Positions 37,988 to 45,274 of a stretch of DNA of 45,274 bases are shown in pieces. The stretch comes from a candidate division WOR-3 bacterium (GTDB lineage Bacteria; Hydrothermota; Tepidihabitantia; Tepidihabitantales; JAOUPE01). The stretch spans positions 1 to 45,274 of the forward strand of contig JBDRUX010000007.1 of NCBI GenBank assembly GCA_039801565.1, written 5' to 3'. Position 1 is the first letter of the stretch; each line of letters starts with the position of its first letter. The position numbers and the translations under genes are program-made. A model generated the notes under the pieces. It was not told the origin of the DNA and searched no databases. It saw only the letters and a list, made by a program, of their open reading frames with translations.

Positions 37988-39315
37988 TTGCTTCGGTTAT
38001 TTCATTAGGTTGTCCAAAGAATTTAATTGATTCTGAATTGATTTTAGGCAATTTGGTCCGAGCGGGTTTTATTTTAACGGACTCAATTGAGAAGGCTGAT
38101 TTAGTCATTATTAATACGTGTGCCTTTATTCAACCCGCAGTGACTGAAGCAAAAAATAAAATCCAGGAAATTTTAACCTATAAGAAAAAAGGTATTATCC
38201 AAAAAATATTTGTTGCCGGTTGTTTAGTTCAAAGATTCCAAAAGAATTTAGAGAAAGAGTATCCGGAAATTGATGGTTTTTTCGGTATTGACTATCTACA
38301 TGAGATTCCTCAATGCTGGGAGAAAAAGCCGATTAAAAAGACTTTTGTCTGCACACCGCAAGATATTAGTACCAGTTATGAACCAAGATTACTTTCGACA
38401 CCTCACCATTATGCTTATTTAAAGATTGCTGATGGTTGTGACAATCATTGTTCCTATTGTCTACTACCTTCGATTCGCGGTCGGTATCGAAGTCGAGAAA
38501 TCGAAGATGTTGTGCGTGAAGCAAAAATGTTAGCAAAATCTGGCGTAAAAGAACTAATTTTAGTCGCTCAAGACACAACCTTTTACGGGCAAGACCGTTA
38601 TCACAAACCAATGCTGTCTCAACTATTGCACAAACTCAATCAGATTAAATCACTTATCTGGATAAGGTTATTATATACTCATCCTGCCCATTTTAATGAT
38701 GAATTGATTGAAGCCATTGCTAAACTCCCCGGGGTCGCAAAATATATTGATTTGCCATTACAGCATATTTCTGACCGGCTATTAGCTCGAATGAACCGCA
38801 AGGTAACTCGTCTTGATATCGAAAGACTCTTAGCAAAACTCCGTAAGATTGATGGGTTAACACTCCGGACCAGTTTCATTGTCGGTTTTCCTTCAGAAAC
38901 CGAAAAGGATTTTACCGAACTTTGTGATTTTATTCAGGAACAAAAGTTCGACCATTTAGGCTGTTTTCCTTATTATCAAGAAAAAGGGAGTCCGGCTTAT
39001 TCTTTTCGCAATCAGATACCCGAGAAAATAAAAATTGAAAGATTCAATGCGCTAATGAAATTACAAAAAACAATTTCACGCCAGCGGCTTTTTCGACTTC
39101 GAGGACAAAAGGTAAAAGTATTGATTGATGCCTTTTCCCAACGAAAGGGTTATAATTATGTTGGTCGGACCGAAGGCGATGCCCCAGAGATCGATGGCTT
39201 AGTTTATGTTAATGGCAAAAATATCGAGCCCGGTGATCTTGTAATGGTTGAAATTAAAAAAAGTTCGGCTTATGACCTTTTGGGCGAGATTGTGTCCGTA
39301 CCCCAAAGTGGGTGA
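37984..39315 (+). CDS. rimO: Ribosomal protein S12 methylthiotransferase
   Basis: SLGCPKNLIDSE, NTCAFI, YLKIADGCDNHCSYC, DAPEIDG. Confidence 0.96.
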   Translation: MIASVISLGCPKNLIDSELILGNLVRAGFILTDSIEKADLVIINTCAFIQPAVTEAKNKIQEILTYKKKGIIQKIFVAGCLVQRFQKNLEKEYPEIDGFFGIDYLHEIPQCWEKKPIKKTFVCTPQDISTSYEPRLLSTPHHYAYLKIADGCDNHCSYCLLPSIRGRYRSREIEDVVREAKMLAKSGVKELILVAQDTTFYGQDRYHKPMLSQLLHKLNQIKSLIWIRLLYTHPAHFNDELIEAIAKLPGVAKYIDLPLQHISDRLLARMNRKVTRLDIERLLAKLRKIDGLTLRTSFIVGFPSETEKDFTELCDFIQEQKFDHLGCFPYYQEKGSPAYSFRNQIPEKIKIERFNALMKLQKTISRQRLFRLRGQKVKVLIDAFSQRKGYNYVGRTEGDAPEIDGLVYVNGKNIEPGDLVMVEIKKSSAYDLLGEIVSVPQSG

Positions 39316-39407
39316 CTGAAAGACTGATGCTGGAATACGGATTTTCCTAAAAAGTCTTTTATTGACAGCTTGTTTAGACCGAATAGAATAAATAGAATAA
39401 AGATTAT

Positions 39408-41486
39408 ATGAGAAGTCTTAAGAAATTGCCTGTTTTCCTTTTAGTTTTAATTGTTTTTTTAGCCTTCACTTCTGGAATATTGATTGCCGGTATCTTTCGT
39501 CTAAAAAGTGATTTACCTTTGCCGCAGTTAATTCAAAATTTTTCTCCACCGGCAACAGTTAAAATCTATGATTGCAAAAATCGCCTCATTGGTGAATTCT
39601 TTGAGCAACGACGGATTCCAGTTGAGTTGGACCGAGTTCCTAAGTATCTAAAAGATGCCATAATCGCGGTTGAAGATAAACGGTTTTACTCCCATTGGGG
39701 TTTGGATTTAATTCGCCTGGGCGGTGCAATTTTTTATAACCTTACTTCGTTACGAACTCCCCGTGGCACCAGTACCATAACCCAGCAATTAGCAAGAAAT
39801 ATGTTCTTAAACCAAGAGCGTAGTCTTGCCCGTAAAATAAAAGAGGCGTTGTTAGCTATCCAGTTAGAACGGACCTATTCCAAAGACGAAATCTTGGAAC
39901 TCTATCTTAATCAAGTTTATTTTGGTCAAGGCGTTTACGGTGTCGAAGCTGCTGCTAATGTCTATTTTGACAAACACGTCTGGGAATTGACCTTACCCGA
40001 ATGTGCCACCCTTGCCGCGTTACCTAAAGCTCCTGAATATTATTCACCCTATACTAATCCGCAAGCACTGGTAAAAAGACGGAATTTCTTCTTAACGATG
40101 CTTTATCGGCATAAGAAAATTTCTCGAAAAGAGATGGAGGAAGCTCAAGCCTCTCCATTGAATGTTATACCAAAAAGAAGTTTAAAGAATGAAGCGCCTT
40201 ATTTTATTGAGGAAGTTAGGAAATATTTAGAACAAAGGTACGGCTATGATTTTATCAACCGCAGTGGTGCCAAGATCTATACAACACTTGACTTAGATAT
40301 GCAGCGGGCGGCTAATAAAGCAGTTGAAGATTTTTTAGCAAGTATCGAAAAGAGTTACAGACTGAAAAATAGTAAAGTTCGTTATGACTCATTAATTGCA
40401 AAAGATAGTACGCCGCCACCGCCTAACTATTTACAAGGTGCTCTGGTAGCCATAGAGCCCAAAACTGGTTTCATCAAAGCAATGGTTGGGGGCAGGGATT
40501 TTAAGCAAAGTCCGTTTAACCGTGCCACCCAAGCCAAGCGTCAAGCCGGCTCAGCATTTAAAGTATTTGTCTATACTGCTGCGATTGAGAATGGCTTTCT
40601 GCCTTCGGACTTAGAACTCGATGAGCCATTGACACTACCAGTCCCAGGACAGCCACCGTATATCCCGGTTAACTTTGATTACAAATTTTTGGGCCCGGTG
40701 ACCTTAAGACGTGCCTTAGCCCTTTCTCGAAATATTGTCGCGGTTCGATTGATTAGTCGGTTAGGTCCGGAACTGGTGGCTCGTTATGCCAATCAGTTGG
40801 GTATCAATGAAAAATTACGACCCTTCTATTCTCTTGCGCTTGGTTCATCAGAAGTGACATTATTAGAAATGACATACGCCTTTGCGGTATTAGCTAATGA
40901 AGGGAATAAAGTTACCCCGTTAATGATTACGAAAATCGTTGATGCCAACAATCAAGTTATCGAAGAAAATATCCCAGAAACTCAACCAGTTCTCGCTGCC
41001 CAGACTGCTTATATTATGACGGAGATGATGCGCAGTGTCATTGATGAGGGTACGGGTTATGCAATTCGGCTTTATGGTTTTGACCGACCCGCTGCGGGGA
41101 AAACTGGGACAACTGACGATTACACCGATGCTTGGTTTATTGGTTTTACGCCCAATTTGGCTTGTGGGGTATGGGTTGGTTACGACCAAAAGAAAACGAT
41201 ATTTAAAGGTGCGACCGGCGGTGGTGTGGCAGCACCGATTTGGGCTGAATTTATGAAACAAGCCACTGCGGATCTTCCCAATGAAGACTTTGCCGTGCCC
41301 GAAAGTATCGCTTGGGTCAAAATTTGTGAAGTAACTGGTTTACGGGCTTCTCCTTTCTGTCCCAAAGTCCGGTTAGAAGTGTTTAAAGTCGGCACCGAAC
41401 CAAAAGAAGAGTGCACGGTTCATCGTTTTCGGACACACCGCACCGACTTCGAATTACCTGACATTCGGGGTTATCCAGGTTTCTAA
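39408..41486 (+). CDS. Class A penicillin-binding protein (PBP1A family)
   Basis: EDKRFYSHWG, STITQQLARN, RKIKE; transpeptidase SAFK, SRN, KTGT. Confidence 0.96.
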   Translation: MRSLKKLPVFLLVLIVFLAFTSGILIAGIFRLKSDLPLPQLIQNFSPPATVKIYDCKNRLIGEFFEQRRIPVELDRVPKYLKDAIIAVEDKRFYSHWGLDLIRLGGAIFYNLTSLRTPRGTSTITQQLARNMFLNQERSLARKIKEALLAIQLERTYSKDEILELYLNQVYFGQGVYGVEAAANVYFDKHVWELTLPECATLAALPKAPEYYSPYTNPQALVKRRNFFLTMLYRHKKISRKEMEEAQASPLNVIPKRSLKNEAPYFIEEVRKYLEQRYGYDFINRSGAKIYTTLDLDMQRAANKAVEDFLASIEKSYRLKNSKVRYDSLIAKDSTPPPPNYLQGALVAIEPKTGFIKAMVGGRDFKQSPFNRATQAKRQAGSAFKVFVYTAAIENGFLPSDLELDEPLTLPVPGQPPYIPVNFDYKFLGPVTLRRALALSRNIVAVRLISRLGPELVARYANQLGINEKLRPFYSLALGSSEVTLLEMTYAFAVLANEGNKVTPLMITKIVDANNQVIEENIPETQPVLAAQTAYIMTEMMRSVIDEGTGYAIRLYGFDRPAAGKTGTTDDYTDAWFIGFTPNLACGVWVGYDQKKTIFKGATGGGVAAPIWAEFMKQATADLPNEDFAVPESIAWVKICEVTGLRASPFCPKVRLEVFKVGTEPKEECTVHRFRTHRTDFELPDIRGYPGF

Positions 41487-41495
41487 ACCAATTCC

Positions 41496-42143
41496 TTGAG
41501 CAGGAATGTAATCTTTCAAATCTACCAGAAGCTTTTCCGCCATTACGGTCCTCAGTTCTGGTGGCCCGGTAAAACCAAATTTGAAATCATTGTTGGTGCA
41601 ATTCTTACCCAAAATACTGCTTGGCGTAATGTCGAAAAGGCAATCAAAAATCTCAAAGACCGAAAACTTCTTTTCCCCGATAAGTTATTTAATCTACCGG
41701 TAAGTGATTTGGCTAATCTAATTCGGCCAACTGGTTATTATAATATCAAGGCAAAGCGACTTAAAAGTTTTTTGGAATTCTTGGCAAAAAGATACCAGTT
41801 TAATTTAACCCGAATGAATAAAACTGATACTTTAACTTTGCGTCAAGAATTACTCTCGGTAAAAGGAATTGGTGAAGAAACTGCGGATTCAATTCTCTTA
41901 TATGCCTTTAACCGCCCAGTCTTTGTCGTTGATGCCTATACCCGACGGGTCTTCTCTCGACACAAATTCTTTTCGTCTAAAGCAACTTATTCCGAAATTC
42001 AGAAGTTTTTCACCGCCAACTTACCAAAGGATGTGAAGATTTATAACGAATACCATGCCTTAATTATCCGCTTAGCCAAAGAGCATTGCAAAAAAGTACC
42101 AAACTGCGAACAATGCCCTTTGGCTAATATGGTAGCGGCTTAG
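41496..42143 (+). CDS. Endonuclease III-related HhH-GPD protein
   Basis: WWP...[39 protein letters not shown]. Confidence 0.92.
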   Translation: MSRNVIFQIYQKLFRHYGPQFWWPGKTKFEIIVGAILTQNTAWRNVEKAIKNLKDRKLLFPDKLFNLPVSDLANLIRPTGYYNIKAKRLKSFLEFLAKRYQFNLTRMNKTDTLTLRQELLSVKGIGEETADSILLYAFNRPVFVVDAYTRRVFSRHKFFSSKATYSEIQKFFTANLPKDVKIYNEYHALIIRLAKEHCKKVPNCEQCPLANMVAA

Positions 42144-42718
42144 TAATTCTCCGCTAAAATTTCATAAAATGCTTGAGGGTGTTTACAAGCCGGGCACTCT
42201 TTTGGTGCCTCGGTTCCTTCAAAGACATAGCCGCAGTTAGTGCAATGCCATTTAACCGGAGTCTTACGCTTAAAGACTTCGCCATTAACAATATTGTTGA
42301 TTAATTTGCGATATCGTGCTTCATGAAACTTTTCAACCTTAGCAACCTGTTCGAATGACCGAGCGATTTCGGAAAATCCTTCGTCTTTAGCAATTTTGGC
42401 GAAATCAGCATAAATCATCGTCCATTCTAAATTTTCCCCAGCAGCTGCTGCCTCAAGATTCGACTTGGTATCTTTAATCGTTCCCGCGGGATAAGTCGCA
42501 GTAATTTCGGCATCACCACCTTCCAGATATTTGAAAAATACCTTGGCGTGTTCTTTCTCATTCTCGGCGGTCTCAATGAAGATATTAGCAATCTGCTCGT
42601 AACCTTCTTTTCTTGCCACCGAAGCAAAATAGGTATATCGGTTACGAGCCTGTGATTCACCGGCAAAAGCCGCTAACAAATTTTTTTCAGTTTTTGTTCC
42701 TTTAATTGATTTACTCAT
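42140..42718 (-). CDS. rbr: Rubrerythrin
   Basis: [23 protein letters not shown]; rubredoxin-like CTNCG..CPACKHP; TTGACC-N16-TATAAT upstream. Confidence 0.96.
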   Translation of the reverse strand: MSKSIKGTKTEKNLLAAFAGESQARNRYTYFASVARKEGYEQIANIFIETAENEKEHAKVFFKYLEGGDAEITATYPAGTIKDTKSNLEAAAAGENLEWTMIYADFAKIAKDEGFSEIARSFEQVAKVEKFHEARYRKLINNIVNGEVFKRKTPVKWHCTNCGYVFEGTEAPKECPACKHPQAFYEILAENY

Positions 42719-43384
42719 TTTCTCTCCTTTCCATAAAAATTATACTTTTAGCCAATCTGCGGTCAAGATTCGAAAAACGTTTTTGAGACTTCTTTAAAAC
42801 TAAAAGAAAAACTGCTGTTACGACAGAACCAAGTGGCACAATATGATAAAATCGCTGGCTTATTAAAGACCGATGGCAGATCTTAAAACATTGGTTCGAA
42901 TCACAAAACTAACTTCCAGATTAACCAACAATATTACTGGTTCTGGCATTTATCTGCCCAAAGACACAAAAACCAAATAAGGATGTGAGACATTTTGCTT
43001 TGCGGTGACAGACAGAAAATTAACTGTCGACATTACAAAAATTAGGATTAATTGGTTAAATAATCCACGGCTCTTTCACAACTTGGTAGTTGGTACATAA
43101 AGTTCTGCGAACGGGATTACCTGAATTCTACCAGAGTACTTTTGGTCTGAAACGTTGCCCTGACGAAAAAGGGATTGGTTGTCTAAACTCGGAATGAGAA
43201 ATGTGAAATTTTAAACTATATTGAACTATTTTCCAGTCCATCTTCAAAATTAACGATTATTAGTGAATAGGGACTGGCTACACCAAAACTGATTTAAACG
43301 ATTGAACATTTTGAACCATTTCTTATGTATCCTTAAAATCAGTGAACGGTCTTAGGGATAACTGAAAATAATGAGGCAGTATCG

Positions 43385-43606
43385 GTGGTTACTTCTCGGG
43401 TGACCTACGGGGCTACCTACCGGGTTACTCTCCAGGTTGCTCCCCAAGTTGCCTACCGAGTCGCTTCCGAGGTTGCTTCCGAAGTCGCTCCCCAACCTGC
43501 CTACCAACCAACCCCCGAAGCAACTCCCAAGGCAACTTAGGAGGCAACCTACTGGGTAGCTTAGGGGGTTGCCTACGGGGTCATCCCCTAAGCGATACCC
43601 CCTCCC
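43385..43606. repeat. Degenerate 12-nt tandem array with internal polarity inversion
   Basis: Units such as GGTTACTTCTCG, GGTGACCTACGG, GGCTACCTACCG, GGTTACTCTCCA, GGTTGCTCCCCA; 43434-54 is an 18/21 inverted match to 43530-50. Confidence 0.8.
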
Positions 43607-43935
43607 AAAGGAAAATTTAATATAAGATATCAAAAATCAAATAGATAGACGAAAAAATCGGTCAATTTTAGGTTGAAATATATTTCAACTTTTTCTGGCA
43701 CAAAACCTGACTTAAATATTTAGTCGCGTTCCCAAAAATTTAGGGCTGAATTTTACCAAGTCCCGGGTATTCCGTTGTTAATTGTGCGTTTATCTCAAGG
43801 GCTATTTAGAGAATATTTAAGCGTATTATTCCGGATTGCACTAAAGGCAATTGATAAAAAAGTAGAAGATTTGTCTCCTGCCACTTTGCTATTCCAAAAT
43901 CTCAAATAGGGTTGAAGCTGGGTACCTAAAGAAAT

Positions 43936-43965
43936 GCAAGGGGCTCGATTGCTCGAACCCCTTGC
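43936..43965 (-). terminator. Intrinsic terminator of the kelch/T9SS gene
   Basis: Minus strand GCAAGGGGTTCGA-GCAA-TCGAGCCCCTTGC followed by ATTTCTTT. Confidence 0.75.
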
Positions 43966-43980
43966 TGATTGGTTGCAGGT

Positions 43981-45192
43981 TTATTTCTCTAAGACAATCT
44001 TCCTTGTAATCTTTATGTCATCCGAATTGAACCGCAAGAGATAGACTCCAGAAGGTAATGCTTTTGTGTCAAGGAGGATAACGCCATCTTTGGTTGGATT
44101 TGTGTTCTCATAAGCTTGGACAAGCGAACCAGTGATATTATAGAGTTTAAGGCTAATTGCCTTAGCATTAGGTAGATGGTATCGGATAGTTGTTAAATTA
44201 GCCGTGGGATTGGGATGAATTAAAAGATCGAAAGCACTGTTGGCCACTGTCTTTGCCATCGCATTTTCGTTCGTAATAGTGGTGATGGTGAAAGTGGACT
44301 CCAACGGAGCATCATGCTCATAGAATTCATCGGTGTTGTTACCTTTTGAAGCATAGATTTCGCCTTCGCCTCTACCTTTTTCGGTCTCGAGTACAACTAA
44401 AGCGCCACCGCCCTTAACACGCTTTTTACCAGTTGGACCATAAGGGATTGACCAGAGTGATTCGGGTAACATTTGGTGCCAGGTATTAGTCGCAAGGTCG
44501 TATTTCCAGAATTCATTGGTATTACCACCCTTCAAGAGATAAATATTGCCATACCAATACTGCAAACCAGCCCCTTCGCCAATCTTCTTCGCTTTGTTCT
44601 CACTATTCAAATAGAGTTTGTAGTCATAACGGGTCAATTGAATCCAGGTATCTTCCTCGACATCGTATTTGAAGAAATCACCGTAACCGCCTTTCAACAC
44701 ATAGACATAGCGTCCGTCGTAGGTAAGGCAGGACCCTTTCTTGTAACCAGCCCTTTGGCTTGGTCCGGGTGGCGGTGGTTTAACTGGATTAGGTAACCAA
44801 GTGTTAGTCTCAAGATTATAAAGGAAGAATTCATCGGTCTTCGACCCTTTCATTACGAATAAGTAATTGGTATCTGGTCCGGGACCAAACGACTTTTTAA
44901 TCCAAACCATACCCGAGGCATCTTTTGGTTTTTTGCCACTCTGACCAGGTGGAATTGGTGGTAATGATTCCCAACCAGTCGGTGCAGTGACTCTATAGCG
45001 CCAGAAACCTGGGGTATTATTGCCGCGTAAGATATAAATGTAGTCATGGTAAGCCGCCATTGATGCACCTTTTTTCGGATGTTTGCCATCATTTGGTTTT
45101 GTTCCCTTTGGTAAAGTCTCTAACGGTGTCCAGAATCCTAATCCGGTATCAGGGGTATAGACATAAAAGTCGGGTGAGTTAGAGGCTTTCAC
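43981..45192 (-). CDS. Kelch-like beta-propeller protein with a T9SS type-A-like C-terminal sorting domain (5'-truncated)
   Basis: Repeated IY.LKG.NT.EF..Y...W blades; C-terminal IHPNP...LYNITGSLV...LPSGVYLLR...KIV; the ORF starts mid-blade. Confidence 0.85.
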   Translation of the reverse strand: MKASNSPDFYVYTPDTGLGFWTPLETLPKGTKPNDGKHPKKGASMAAYHDYIYILRGNNTPGFWRYRVTAPTGWESLPPIPPGQSGKKPKDASGMVWIKKSFGPGPDTNYLFVMKGSKTDEFFLYNLETNTWLPNPVKPPPPGPSQRAGYKKGSCLTYDGRYVYVLKGGYGDFFKYDVEEDTWIQLTRYDYKLYLNSENKAKKIGEGAGLQYWYGNIYLLKGGNTNEFWKYDLATNTWHQMLPESLWSIPYGPTGKKRVKGGGALVVLETEKGRGEGEIYASKGNNTDEFYEHDAPLESTFTITTITNENAMAKTVANSAFDLLIHPNPTANLTTIRYHLPNAKAISLKLYNITGSLVQAYENTNPTKDGVILLDTKALPSGVYLLRFNSDDIKITRKIVLEK

Positions 45193-45274
45193 ACCGCAGC
45201 GGCCCGCCGGGGCGGTCGGCCGGCAGCAGTCTCGCCGCGTTGTTCTGCGCGACCTGCAAGGCCGCGGCGCTGAG

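Noticed and set aside
42770..43350. Long intergenic gap examined for pseudogenes or ncRNA
   Set aside because: The frames I translated gave no recognisable motif, and I found no convincing structure
43352..43633. 93-aa tetrapeptide-repeat ORF, or a CRISPR array
   Set aside because: The periodicity comes from the 12-nt DNA repeat; there is no RBS, no constant 25-40 nt repeat with unique spacers, and no cas genes

Overview
Chromosomal window (roughly 40% GC by eye) from a diderm, probably anaerobic bacterium; LolA, a T9SS-type C-terminal domain and the protein style suggest candidate phylum WOR-3 or a relative (inference). Most genes are housekeeping or metabolic: yebC-ruvCAB, sppA, secA, rtcA, groES/EL, rpmB, trpB2, a split fumarase with a soluble fumarate-reductase pair, mfd, lolA, rimO, PBP1A and rubrerythrin. 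There are three stand-alone tRNAs (Ile-GAT, Val-TAC, Asp-GTC). The main finding is an operon at 14577-19579 with two selenoprotein genes that the ORF track truncates or misses: an Omp28/thioredoxin-like lipoprotein with U-G-Y-C, and a 45-aa single-TM microprotein with U-L-S-C. Each in-frame UGA is followed by a similar 8-bp hairpin with a G-first triloop (putative SECIS). They sit with a TlpA-like CxxC protein, a beta-barrel ending in CSGGVC, a NapH/MauN-like membrane polyferredoxin and lipA, which looks like a selenium-based redox relay across the cell envelope. Also found: a 278-bp MITE with 13-bp TIRs and an 8-bp TSD, a 21-aa Lys-rich sORF upstream of mfd, a decayed DDE transposase, an HTH pseudogene, several dispersed repeat families and a probably chimeric high-GC contig tip.
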